Source of the DNA: Veleropilina oligotropha
Lineage: Eukaryota
Direction of reading: 5' to 3'
Length of the DNA stretch: 64,000 nt
NCBI GenBank assembly: GCA_048128005.1
Contig: JBEUKZ010000125.1
Location: 124,001-188,000 of the forward strand
Below, piece by piece: positions 12,408 through 25,265 of the stretch; within the stretch, counting starts at the first letter, position 1; each line of letters opens with the position of its first letter. The notes below the pieces were generated by a model, which saw only the letters and a program-made list of their open reading frames with translations, did not search any database and had not been told where the DNA came from. The position numbers were made by a program, and so were the translations under genes.

Positions 12408-13516
12408 GTATTTCATCAGTTCCTCCAACCAGTTTTGAGGAGCTCCCTTAACAATAGCAGTCAAAGCAACAAAATGTTCAGCATTATGTCAATTTAATAA
12501 ATGTATTCCTTAATTTTGCTCAGAATTAAGCGAAGAAAGATATATGATAAATGATTGAAGTTAGAGATCATTTGGTGATGATATTGATCATTTCAATGAT
12601 ACGAAGTTTGAAAGCAATGGCTTTTCTCTAAATAATGTTTCCTTTTCATTAGAAACGTATCATTGCCATATTCTTGCAAACGTTTTGTTGCTTAGTTTTG
12701 TGGTTGGTATTTTGAATATAAGTGAGCCTCGAACCTCGAAGCACTTCGGGTGATTATAGGTAGGTGAAACAAGTAGCTTGGAAGCACAGATTATGGTAAT
12801 ATATGGGCGCAATATAATATGATCTTAACTACAATGTAGTAAGGTCGTTTATTGCCTACGATCAAAGTAACAAACTATCATGTGCATTAATGGAAGCGAA
12901 TCCATAAAGCATCCTTATATGAAGATGGAGATTCGTATGCCATCGCTGCACTTCCAAGCTATATCAGAATGCTTGTGTGTGAATGAAATTTTTGCTTTGT
13001 ACTGTTTTAATAAAACATTTGTCCAAAATGACACCAGGTTTAGCCAGCTGAACCGAGCGTCAGAAAAGAGAAGAATTTTTGTTTTATGAGAACAATTTTC
13101 GCCGTTTTCACCAACCAGAAGATTTGCGACTGCTTTTTACATGCGATGCGCTATCACAGAAGAAGAGATAAGAACCAAGTGAGATTGACATTTACGGAGA
13201 TTCCAGGTATGTTCTTCTCTCTCTCTGTTTTATGAAATTTGAACAATTTGTAATTTATTTTTAAATTGTATACAATATAATAACATGTAAAGAGGGAAAT
13301 GTATGGATGAGTTGTCGTTGTATTGTCTTGTCTCGGATGCCTGAAGTGAGTCTGACCAAGCCTTCGACTCTGTGAGTGTCTGTTGTCTGCTGTTTTGTTT
13401 TGTCCATGTCCGTCAATGTGTGTGATGTCAGTTCCTGTTGTTTGTGAGGAGTTATTGATGATATCATCCACATCTTCGTTTCACATAACTTAATTTGAAA
13501 ATTGTTCTTATTTTAG

Positions 13517-13752
13517 ATTTGGTAAGTATATCACCATTAATTTTAAAATCGTTTCATTTTCAGTAAAAGGGTAAGTATATCACCCAGACTAATGCAAAAA
13601 TCATTTGTATTTCAGTCACAGGTAAGTATGTCGTCAATAACACGTTGTCTCGCTTTTCAGGAATATTCACACCCAGAAAACAATTTCGTATTTCAGTAAA
13701 TGGTAATTATATCGTCACCATTAATGCATAAAATCTTTTGTCTTTCAGACAG
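13517..13752 (+). other. Array of five candidate micro-exons (5, 7, 6, 6 and 4 nt)
   Basis: Repeated tttyag-[ATTTG/TAAAAGG/TCACAG/TAAATG/ACAG]-gtaa(g/t)t units spaced 42-75 nt apart. Confidence 0.5.
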
Positions 13753-13844
13753 GTAAGTACATCATCATTAACGCATCGTCTCGTTTCTTTATCTCTCTAA
13801 TCTCCAGCTTCACTTTAGTTTGTTGATGACACAGTACTTAATAG

Positions 13845-14235
13845 ATGCGGATGGGGTCGGAGTTCGTGAAGTCGACAACAGTGCCGCGTGCAGTGGTGGA
13901 TGGGGTCGGAGTTCGTTAATTCAACATCGATGGTGAGTGGAATGGTGGAAGGGGTCAAGAGTCCATGACATCAACATCGATGGTACATGCAGTCGTGGAT
14001 GCGGTCGATGTTCGTGACATCAATACTAGAGGTACATGCAATGCTGGATGCATTGGGAGTTTGTGACTTCAACATTGGTGGTACATGCAATGGTGGATGT
14101 GGTCTGAGTTTGTGACATCAATACAGGTGGTACATGCAATGGTGGATACGTGGTGGATGTGGTCTGAGTTCGTGACGTCAACATCGATGGTACGTACATG
14201 CAATGGTGGATACGTGGTGGATGCAGTCGGAGTTC
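13845..14235. repeat. Degenerate 49-bp minisatellite, ~8 copies
   Basis: Unit approximately ggatgcggtcggagttcgtgacatcaacatcgatggtacatgcaatggt. Confidence 0.85.
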
Positions 14236-15816
14236 ACAGCGTTGGTGGAGTGCGTTGAATGGTTGCTACGGTGAAAGATCATGATAAAGCAGCTCTCAGA
14301 CTTCGTAATAACGTGAGAGCTTGCAAATATATCATGAGTATTAAACGATATTTTTGCCACTTGATCATAACTGGCAGGTGCGGGCGAGTTTTCCAGGACA
14401 ACCATGCTTTCCTCCTGCAATAATATGATGCTGTACGGTGTTAAAATATGTAATTAAGCATTGATGCAAATGAACTAAAGCTTTTTTGTGTGGATTGAAC
14501 TTAATCTTGAAAAAGTTTTTTTAGACAATCGTCTACTTGTTTTAACATCAGTTATCAGTAGAATAATTATAATAATTTTGTCATGTAAAATTCAGAAAGT
14601 TAATAAATTACTTTGTTACAATGGATTAACGTTACTAAACTTGAGAAAGCTTTTGACCATGCTATGGTCTTAAATGATGTCGTCATCACATGTTGAGACG
14701 GTGGCAGCCGGAGAGGGCAGAGGTCCTCGATTAGTTACTGAATCTGATCAAATCACAGATTAATGTGCTCATCTCTGTTTTTCAGATGATTATGGATTGA
14801 TTGAAGACTGGTTATGCCTTGGATACTTTTTGTATGCCCTGAGTGTAACCTTGCGCCGTGTCTGCTTGTCAGGAGTTTTTCTCCGTGGATTCTGGTTTCT
14901 CCTGACGTTTGATATTGATTTGTTAGAAGTTTTATAAACATATTGTGAATTGCATTTCATATGAAATATATGAATCAAACATTCTTATTATAAACATTAT
15001 TTATCTGTTGTAAAATTAGTTGATATTTGATAGTACAATTTTATAAATAGTATATTATACAAATGTGATTATGATTTTTATTAAAAAGAATTTATTTTGT
15101 TCAGTGTCTTATTAATTGGCAGTACATAGATGATTATCCAAATATGATTTGTAGGGTATTGAGGATTATTCATACACAACATGAGATTGATTTCTGAACA
15201 GTAGGACTCTTAATAGTGTCAAGACTCCATTGTTCCAGCTAACAACCCAAACAATGAGTTAACACGGGTCGCTTGCAGGATCTGGACAGTGACAAATTAT
15301 ATGAAATGTTGCCAGCACCAATTCAATGGAAGAGTCGACTCTCATAATATGCTCTAGAGCCTGATATAGTGGGCAATTCCAAGTTATAAGGGGTTACAGC
15401 TTGCAATTTACAATAGATTTTCATGGTGTGTATCACAGATAATCCACATCCGCCAGATATGGCCCTTAGCGGCAATGTGTTATCAATACATAACACTACT
15501 ATGGCTAACATTTAAATAGAATGGATGGCGAAAAACCCTGAGATTTCAACTACAGATATGACTGGAAAATGGTCAAAATGTGGTCGTAACACTTAAATGA
15601 TTTGAATCGGGTTTTTGTAGCATCACAGTTCAACGCCTTTCAGTTATATTGTAATCAAGAACTTCAGTTTAACGTGTCAGGGTTTGTAATGCCAGTCGGA
15701 CCTCAAAAACCAGCTGAATTCCCATCACTGCGTAACGAAATATAATGATAAACTGTTCTAATGTCAGTAGGCGATTTCTGGTCGGGAACTGCACAGTCAA
15801 ACTCTGTAGTTAGACT

Positions 15817-16482
15817 TGTTAGCGGCACATCTCAAGTGAGGTTCTTATTGTGCTTCAGCATCAAGTGACATTGCCGTCGTGTTATGGCTTGGGTACCATA
15901 AGTGTCATTTACATTATTCCTATCAGTGTGATCACCTCCAGAACCATCTATATGTCTGTATGATAAGACGGGTGTCGTCGGAATGTTGTGAAGTTCCTCG
16001 AATCTGCTTGATGTTAAAGGATTCACGTCCAGTGACTAACGTGAAACCTGACAGACAATAGTTCCGCAATTATATTTATTTCTCAGTCCACAGTGACAAA
16101 GATTACATATTTATACTACATAAGCATAGCGAAGCAGCAGCATTAGCGAGAAATTCAGGAACTAACTACATAATATACACTCAATAGACCCCGACAACAG
16201 GATGTACTCTCCAGTCTACATGGGACGGAATTCCTCGTTTCACCCCCATTCCCTACTCCAAATCATAACCTCTCATTCGTCCAACGCCCTGCTGTAAACG
16301 AATCGTTTAGCTCAAATTAGAATCACCTGTTAATTTTGATCTGCCCTCCAGATAAACCTGTTCAAACACGTGTCATGTGACAAATTCCACGATTGGTCAT
16401 TAACCTAACCTTGCTGTCTGGGAATACCGACTATCAGAGAATCGCATCGCAACATCGCTGTTTACACATTCATATGTTAACA
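15817..16482 (-). mobile_element. Possible LTR (TG...CA) with an adjacent purine tract; related sequence near 8480-9110
   Basis: Ends tgttagc / gttaaca; minus-strand ggagg lies just before the LTR start; the segment taaaggattca..gtgactaac..aacctgacag also occurs near 8850-8895. Confidence 0.4.
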
Positions 16483-16739
16483 CCTCCAACTCAATGTCAA
16501 CATCATTGATTCAGAAGTCATTACTATGTTCCTGACATTCGTAGATTAGATTAATTACTAACGCAATTACGAGGTAGCAAGGATCCCCGCGTCAGTGTCG
16601 CTCTGTGAACCTGGCGACAGTTACTTTATGGCTATTTTTCAATCGAACTTAGAAATTTTAACAATATAACTAATAAACCACTTTTAAAGTCCAACACCTT
16701 AACCCTCTAGACGTCATATCGTAACACCTATCAGTCGGT

Positions 16740-18548
16740 TTTGTTTTTTGCTAACAGGAAATGGATCTGATGATTCTCCACAATCTTGTAATCCTACCAA
16801 TACCCTCTCGTGAAATGATCTTATCACACACTAATATCTCAGGGCACTCAAGCTTATATATAACTCTTCAAAGACCATCACAATTTACTATATCAAATGC
16901 CTTCGTAAGGTCTGCAAATACCATGTAGAGGTCTTGATTTTGTTCCAGGCATTCCTCTTTTATCTGCTTAACAATAAAGAGCATATCAGTAATACCTCTC
17001 CCTGGACTGAATCCACATTGAAATTAAATGGTTGGTTGGCAACTTTGTATTTAACGACCACTTTGGCAGTTTTTCAGGGTTAACGCAGTTGGGACACCCG
17101 GTTTAAGGTCTCAATCTTATCTGACCGACATACATCAGGGATATGCCGTCTATAATTTTAAGGGATAGAGTAAGCCTTCGGCTGGCAGTCCTCCAACTCA
17201 TTCGCTGAAGCAGTTCTGGATTAATGTAGTTTACAGCAATGAAGAGTACAGAGATTCCTCGGTTGTTATCACAAGAAGCTTGATTGCCTTGGCGATTTTA
17301 CAAATGAACTAAAGGAGCATCAATGAAGGCTTGTGCTAACGAACCCTTTTCCCATAAAAGATTAAACAGGCGTGTCAGCATCTCTGTCTTGTAATCTCCT
17401 CCGTGTTTGTAAAATTCAGCTGAGGAAATTTGTCTTATGGCTTTTGATGACGTCATGTTGTGAACGAACGTGGTAGGTTAACTCTTCCAGGGGTTGTCTT
17501 TATGAAATTGAATCTAAGGCTTCTTCAGACATTGGTGACGGCCAGTTTAACACAGTGCTGAAGCGCTCTCCCCGGCGAGTAAGGATCTCTGCCTTGTTGG
17601 TGTGTAGTTTCTCGCCATCTGATTGCAGGATGGGTGCACTCCCGATAGATTTAGGACCATATGTGGCCCTCTAACTCTTGTGGAAAAGCCTGGCATTGTG
17701 CTTATCTCAGCATTCTGGAGTTTCACGCCTTTTTCTTCCCACCACGAGTCCATCTGTCGTAGCCTTGTCTGTACAACATGTTTCGCAAGGAGGTACTGCG
17801 ATTTCTTAGCAGATGATGTTTCGTTGGTGATGAAACTGCTATGTGTGTTATTCAATATTTGCAGGAGACCTGCAATTTCATCATCATTTTCAACAACGCA
17901 ATCTTTATTTTTTCGTTTGACGGAACCAAGGACTTCTGCACTGGAAGTGTAGATGGCACCCCTGATTTTTCGCCACGTTGTTTCGATGACTGTATATTCC
18001 TTGTTTGTATTAATAACCTGGATTTTTTGCTGGAGCCTGTCTTGAATGGATATTTCAAGTGACATTGATCTTTGTCTCTCAAGGTTTGTCCCTCCTAGTT
18101 TGCTTCTTAGATTCTACATGTGAAGTGGCATCATGCTCCTGGCGAGCCTATGGTCGGACTACCACTCAGTTCCCCGCAAGGCTCTTGTCAACGTGACATC
18201 AGGATATCTCTCTGCCTGACAATCCAGCATGTGCCACTGTTTTCATTAAGGGTGCATCCAAGTGGTCTTGTGATTGCTGATAATGACTAGACCGTGCTTG
18301 ATGCATTTAGCGAGCAGAAGCCGTCCATTTGAGTCGGTCTTTCCGATCCCATGTCCGATTCGCATCCATTTCGAGTGTTTAAGTCGCCAAGGATGATAAG
18401 CTTGTCATTCTATGGAACTTTCCGTGATCGCTGTGTTCAGATCTTAAAATGCCTCTTTCACCTCATCGATGTGAGTCGTAGTACGAGCATATATGGGCTG
18501 GTGATGATGGCACGTCGATTCTCCGATAGCCTCAAATGGATGGTCATC
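16740..18548 (-). pseudogene. Decayed RTE-clade LINE ORF (endonuclease end to RT); continues at 19628-19835
   Basis: Minus-strand QCGFSPGRG..KEECLEQNQDLYMVFADLTKAFD, RKNKD..ENDDEI and KLIIL.D motifs; frameshifts and stops. Confidence 0.85.
17025..17200 (-). mobile_element. SINE 3' fragment inserted in the RTE (same family as the SINE at 41975-46455)
   Basis: Shares ggttggttggca..acgaccacttt..cacccggtttaaggtct..tctgacc.acatacat with 41975-42080. Confidence 0.65.
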
Positions 18549-19627
18549 GAGTGCCACAGGGGTCCGTTCTAGGACCTCTATTATTCCTGATCTACATCCT
18601 CCCACTAAAGTCTATTATCCAAAAATTTCAAATTGATCGACACGGCTACGCTGACGACACGCAGCTCTATTGCAGACTCCCACTAAAAGACAAATCCAGA
18701 CTAGAGGAGTGTGTATACAACATGAACTGCTGCCTACGACATGTTCGACATTGGATGCTGACAAATAAATTAAAAATCAATGACTCAAAAACAGAGTGTG
18801 TCCTGATTACTCCAAAGCGTCATGTCAGGGATCTTTATCAGAACGGTGTTACGATAATGGTTGGGGATGCCACCATCACACCATCACCAGTAGTCACCAA
18901 CTTAGGCGCTGTGCTCGATGATCACCTCACCATGGAACAGCAGATCAGAAAGGTCACACGGATTGCCTACTTCCACTTACGTAGGATAAGTAAAATCAGA
19001 CGTCATCTTGACCAATCAACATGTGAAAAGGTTGTGTGCTCCACAGTCACGTCCAGGCTCGATTTTCACAATGGTCTATTGGCGGGGGTATCGGGGGTAG
19101 CACTAAACCGCCTCCAGCTACTTCAGAACAATGCTGCACGACTGATTACTGGAACACGCAAATCAGCCCATATAGCGCCAGTGCTGAGAGAGCTCCACTG
19201 GTTACCGGTTAAACAGCGTATAGCGTACAAGATCGTCATGAATATTCACCATGCAGTACATTCTCCGACGGCTCCTGCTTATATGAAGGAACTGATCAAC
19301 ACCTATGAACCCTCGAGGTCGCTTCGATCCTCAAGTGACCCTTGGAAATTATGCATTCAACGTGTCAGCAGGAAGTACGGTACCAACTCATTCCCAGTTT
19401 TGGGCGCCACTCTGTGGAACTCTCTACCTCAAGCCACTCGCAAGCCAGTTTCAACCAGGACTTTTAAATCACTGCTGAAAACTCATCTATTTCTGCAGGT
19501 TTCTAAGTAATGCCCAGCTTAAAATGTCTATACATGTATGTTCTACTTTATGTTAAATTGTCAAAGCGCATAGAAACGTATGTCACTTTAGCGCTTTATA
19601 AGTTAATAAATTATTATTATTATTATC
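18549..19627 (+). mobile_element. 5'-truncated L2-clade LINE with an open RT/C-terminal ORF (to stop 19510), 3' UTR and (TTA)n tail
   Basis: [62 protein letters not shown]; tail ttattattattat; atc on both flanks. Confidence 0.95.
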
Positions 19628-19869
19628 AGTCATGGCTTTTGATATCCTGTCCAGGCCTCTAGCAATTGCTGTGCGAATAGCAAAACTAACTCCTCCTGCC
19701 ATGGGCTTATTTATCTTCGGGTTTTCAAATCCAGTAGAAAGTACAGCCTACACCAACCTCTTCCAAGTTTGACTCCCCACATAGTCTGGTCTCTGAGTGC
19801 AGCTACCTCATTGCTGTATGTGTCTAGCTACGTACGCCGTTGGGTCGTTGTTCGGCATGGTCATGGCGT

Positions 19870-21110
19870 TCAAGGCTGCTAATTATATACCTGTATCACT
19901 GACCAACGTGTGTTGCAAGATTTTCGAAGATATAATATCCAAGCACATACTTAGCCATTTGCAGCAACATAAAATCCTAACAAACCTACAACACGGATTT
20001 CGCTCTGGGCATTCTTATGAAATTTAACTGATTATGAACATGATTAACATGACATTATGAAAAACTTCGACCAAAAAGTGCAAACCGACATTATCATACT
20101 AGACTCCAGCAACGCTTTCGATACAGTGCCACACACAAAACTAAACGGTATTAAAGGCAACATCATAAAGTGGATCGCAACATCTGAAAAGATAAAGAGT
20201 AAAATCAGGGGTGCCACAAAGCACAGTTCTATACCCGTTTCATCGGAGATTAGATTATTTTCCGACGACTACCAGTGCATATTATACAGAAGCATTAAAA
20301 GTAAAGACGACGAACTCTATCTTCAGTGTCACCTCCAGAAACTACAAGTGTTGGCAGATAGGCCTACGTGGGGTGACATTTAATTCCAAGAAGTGCTATC
20401 TGAGGCGTGAGTAGAACTAAACTCCCAAAAGAACATTCATATACAGTATTCTCAATTACCATACCTTGGAAAACGTTCATAACAACAAATATTTAGGACT
20501 TAAGATCAGTGACAAACTAAAAATTTCAACTCGTATCAGTAACATCAAAAATTGTGCTAATTCAACTCGTGATTTTCTTTGCCGTAATCTGACATTTTGC
20601 CCGCTGAAACTTTATCCTTGCGAGATCTGTCTTGGAATATAGCACCTCTGTATGGGACCCATGCTAACATAACGATATCGACAAACTGGAAGCAGTGCAG
20701 AGAAGATCAGTGCGATTCATATTAAAAGACTACAGGCGTACATCAAATGTCTCAGTATGATGTAAAACCTAATTATACAACTCTAGAAGAGAGAAAGAGG
20801 GATATTTGTCTTCGTTATTCTACAAAATTGTTAACAATTTGGTGGCGATTCTCCTTAATCAAAATTCGATTTCAGATTTCAAGAACACGTTCAGTTATTC
20901 TACAAGATTGTTAACAATTTGGTGGTGATTCCCCTGAATCACAATTCAACTGCGGAATTCTAGAACACGTTCAAAACATTCAAAATTATACATGCAGATC
21001 AGGACATGTACAAAAATAGTTATTTTATCAAAACTTTTAAAGACTGGAATACTTTAGACTCGGACATCATATTATCATGAAAATTAGACTCTTTTTTTAA
21101 AACAGATACA
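19870..21110 (+). pseudogene. Decayed CR1-group LINE RT fragment
   Basis: ANY.PVSLTNVCCKIFE, LQHGFRSGHS, DIIILD.SNAFDTVPH, RLFSDD, KYLGL; multiple stops and frameshifts. Confidence 0.85.
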
Positions 21111-21499
21111 AATCACAATACACAGTTTATTGGTGTTCACACACTAGCTGAGCAATTATTGTATTCGTTATTGAATTTTACCTTAGTATTAATACAGATA
21201 GCTAAAAAAATCATCGGCGCAAGATATTGATCCAAATGCGCCACCACATATGTGGTTTAAATTTGATGGTATGATTGCTTTGCAATAAGGGTCTGAAATT
21301 ATGAAATCATTTGCGAATTTCATGGACTCGGAACTGCCTACGTTGCTATTCTGCGAAATGAATGAAAACAACAAGAGGCGCAAGGCAGAAAATAATGACG
21401 GCAATGTTTATGTTTATAAAATATATGTTTATTCCGTGGAATAAATGTTTATTCCAGGGAATAAATTAATATTTATTCGTTTATATTAATAGCCTCCTT

Positions 21500-22190
21500 G
21501 ATATTTTTCTGGAGCTTGTCTTGGATGGATGTTTCATTGATGCGTGACATTAAGGTTTGTCTCTCCTAGTTTGTCGGCCCAGCACTCAGATCTCTGCAAG
21601 GCTCTTGTCAACATGACATCACGGATATCTCTCTGCCTGAAAATCCAGCATGTGCCACTGTTTTCATCGAAGGCACATCGAAGTGATTTTGTGCTTGTTA
21701 AACGCCTTGTTTGGTTGCTGAAAGGTGGTGTTGGTAATGACTGCATCATGCTCGCTGCATTTAGCGAGCAGATGCGGTCCATTTGAGTTCCATGTTTTCC
21801 AATTAACTTCCTCCGCATGTCCGATTCGCATCCAACTCGAGCGCTGAAGTCACAAAGGATGATAAGCTTGTCATTCCATGGAACTTCCCCTGATCGCTCT
21901 GTCCAGATCTTCGTAAAAGGTCTCTTTGACCTCATCGGTGTAAGTCATAGTTGAGCGTATTCGCTGATGATGGTGCCATGTCGATTCTCGGATAGCCTCA
22001 AACGGATGGTAATCAGTGATATATTTTGGTAGCCTGTCCAGGTCTCGAGCAATTGCTGTACGAATAGCAAAACCAATTCCTCCTGTCCTGTCCTTACCTT
22101 CTGGTTTTTTCAATCCAATAGAAAGTGTAGCCTACACCAACATCTTCCAAATTTGACTCCCTACACAGTCTGGTCTCACTGAGTGGGAGC
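21500..22190 (-). pseudogene. Second RTE-family fragment (AP endonuclease region)
   Basis: Colinear with 18080-18548 plus 19628-19800 and lacks the L2 insertion; GGIGFAIRT, DKLIILCDFSARVG. Confidence 0.85.
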
Positions 22191-23544
22191 CACCACCTGC
22201 GTGTATTCCTTGTGTTTCAAACCTAACAGTCAAACATATATTATTGCATGGAATGCGTTGATTTAGTCCCAATACTTCAAAAATATATTAGAGCAATATC
22301 ATAATCACTTAAAGAATTATTTAGTAATTTTAAAATTAATGTCATTTTTGCTTTTTTAAAAGAAGCTAATATATTTTCGACTTTTCAAGTAGGTCTAATG
22401 CAACGCCTAAAACAATGGTTCGAATCACGTTTGCGGAATATTTCCGCTGTAATCAGTATAAATGCATTTCATCGTTCAAAATTTCATGACATTCTCTAAG
22501 AGAAGAATTTTTGTCCAATATAGGTCTAATTATTATAAATATCGTTTGATGAGCCGATGTTAGGAGTATTTGATGATTCAAATAGAATAGGCCTAGATTT
22601 ACTTTAGGGTAAAATTGGGTCATCGGATAGTTTCATTGTATAGACATTTCGAAATATAATGAATCACGAACTTAAAGGGACTGCTTCCACTTTGTAGACC
22701 TACACTAAAATGGGCTTCAAGTGACATTTACAACACCCATATATTTTTATTTATTGCATACAGTCTTGTCAGTTTGCTTACTTTAGGGACTATCAAATCC
22801 TGTTATAAAAGCTAACATCCCCTAATTAATGTTTCAAATTGACGTATTGAATTATAGATTAAATTAAGCGAAATATGATTGATTGGTTTTATTAAGCAAG
22901 GACACACAACCAAGCAAAGATAACAGAAAGCATATAAAGATTAACATATCCTCTGTGGTCCATAGATACATAATTACAATAGCACAATAATATAATCTAT
23001 ACACACATATTAATAAAAATCACGTTGTCTGATAGTATTTAACATTTCTGTAGTATCCAAGACTATGTTCGCTGTTTGAGACGTATCTCGAGGATTGGTG
23101 CGACACTAGCAATTAGACCTACCGACAAGAAAATATGTTTAAATAACGGCTTCTTCTAACTGCATGACAAGATACAACATCTTGAAAATCAATTATGTTA
23201 TAGGTTTTCATCGATCTGATCTTCACCGTTTTATGTTGATTGAATTTACAGTTAGGCACAATTCAATCAAATTGCGTTCTATAAAATAAACTGATATTAA
23301 AAACCAAATGGATCATACTCAAAATGTATGTATTTGACCTTTTACATGATGGCATAGCATACTATTTTCAAAACAAGTGGCCTCCCCGATAGTCGTATGG
23401 CATCAAGTACCAACTCTGAAATCACTGGATCGATTGCGGTAATTAAGATGAGTGGGTTCGAATGTCAGCTGGGGCATTAACATTCTTTGTTCGGTTATCA
23501 ATCGCAGTTGTCCGTAGCTTTACTGATATTGGTATTGAAATCAT

Positions 23545-23740
23545 GGTTTATTATCACGTTTAACAGTTACGTTCGTTTTGTAATATCATCGTAGGAGGAA
23601 AGGCCGGAATACCCGGTAAACTGACTAATCGGCCTCAATCCAATTCGGCCGATCTCGAACCTACAAGCTCGGATAAGCGAAGTCAGTGCAAGCGGATCTG
23701 GAGTAACTTACTAACCCACTGCACCACGGAGGCGGTCGCT
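23545..23740 (-). mobile_element. Old tRNA-derived SINE with V-domain-like core
   Basis: Minus strand: ccgtggtgcagtgggttag (A box), ggttcgagatc (B box), gtttaccgggtattccggcctttcctcc. Confidence 0.6.
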
Positions 23741-24258
23741 TTGTTTTACTATATACTTAACAAAAGCGCATCGGCATTGGCATTAATGTAATTAGTCATA
23801 TTAAGATCCTAATTTGTAAATTTTACTCTAGTATATGAGCGTGCCAACTGAATCATTTGTCTTCTTTAAAATGGAAACAAATGGTATGTACCACAATGAC
23901 AGTGTCATGCCATGTCAACACCTTGATGATAGAGTGTTATACACTATATAATGCGTGTACTTATAATTTATTAATGAAACCTTCATTTCAGAATAAAAGA
24001 ATTTTACAAACGACGGAACTTTTCTCTAGCAATTATGGCCTAAACAACCACGAATACGTGCTAAACCCACGCCAACCCGTCTAACTCCCGTACTGGGCAA
24101 TAGGCCTACCAGAACATGTCCATACCCCTTTAAAGTAAAAGTCGAAATTTCGACATTAAAAGTCGAAATTTCGACTTTTCAGTTTATTTCTTTGTGGCCC
24201 TAATACGCATCCGTAAATTTAGACACAGCACGTCAATAATATTTTAGAGCATTATCAC

Positions 24259-24776
24259 TATTTATTTTAATAATTTAAAAATTGATGTCATTTTTGCTTT
24301 TCTTAAATAAGCTAATATATTTTGTAAACTTTAACTCTTTTACTTTTACAAATCTATTTTGTAAACTAACTCTTTTACTTTTACAAATCTATATTTTACC
24401 AACTTTAACCCTTTTACTTTTGCAAATCTGCTGGCAGAAAACTTATATGTAAATTTATATTTAAGCTGTTTCAAATATATCAGGTAATTTGAGCATTTAA
24501 AATCTATCGGCCCAATTATTTATTTTAATAATTTAAAAATTGATGTCATTTTTGCTTTTCTTAAATAAGCTAATATATTTTGTAAACTTTAACTCTTTTA
24601 CTTTTACAAATCTATTTTGTAAACTAACTCTTTTACTTTTACAAATCTATATTTTACCAACTTTAACCCTTTTACTTTTGCAAATCTGCTGGCAGAAAAC
24701 TTATATGTAAATTTATATTTAAGCTGTTTCAAATATATCAGGTAATTTGAGCATTTAAAATCTATCGGCCCAATTA
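24259..24776. repeat. Apparently exact tandem duplication, 258-bp unit x2
   Basis: 24259-24516 is repeated from 24517. Confidence 0.95.
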
Positions 24777-24809
24777 CGACCGAAATGTTGTTGGCGTGGT
24801 CATTAAAGG

Positions 24810-25265
24810 ATTTGTGTACGGCGTATTCCTATCATATCATTTGTTGTGTTAGTCTTTCACGAGTGTCCGTGTTTGTTGTAAGCTGACCTGGCGAAATCAA
24901 TTCAATTTATTTATTCAATTTATTTATTCCGGCATTAAACAAGTATTTTGTGTTTAGCCAATCACAAATCAATCAGCTCAAGTATAGTCATATTTCATGT
25001 CAACGATCGAATTTGACGTCACAATGGACAGGCCACTCGGAATCTTTTCAATTCGATGGCACCATCACTGTCCGCAAATTGGTTACTCAACAGGAACAAT
25101 AACATTAGGACTCGTGGGTCTAGTGTGTCGTCACCTAATAAGTGTTCGGGAAATTTCGGGTTGATTTGCTAAGGATCTTTTGTATCCATGTTTTGATAAT
25201 CTAAATCTTGGCGCTACTAATAAGAGAATAAATAAATATACGATAGCATTATTATCAGCCAGAAT
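24810..25265 (+). mobile_element. Fragment of the neighbouring Tc1 family in the opposite orientation
   Basis: Reverse-complement similarity to about 26900-27270. Confidence 0.8.

Noticed and set aside
13845..14420. Mucin-like or His-rich coding repeat on either strand
   Set aside because: The 49-bp unit is not a multiple of 3 and no frame stays open across the array
18536..19510. Standalone or domesticated RT gene starting MDGHR
   Set aside because: The ATG lies in flanking antisense RTE sequence; the element is a 5'-truncated L2 lacking the N-terminal RT subdomains
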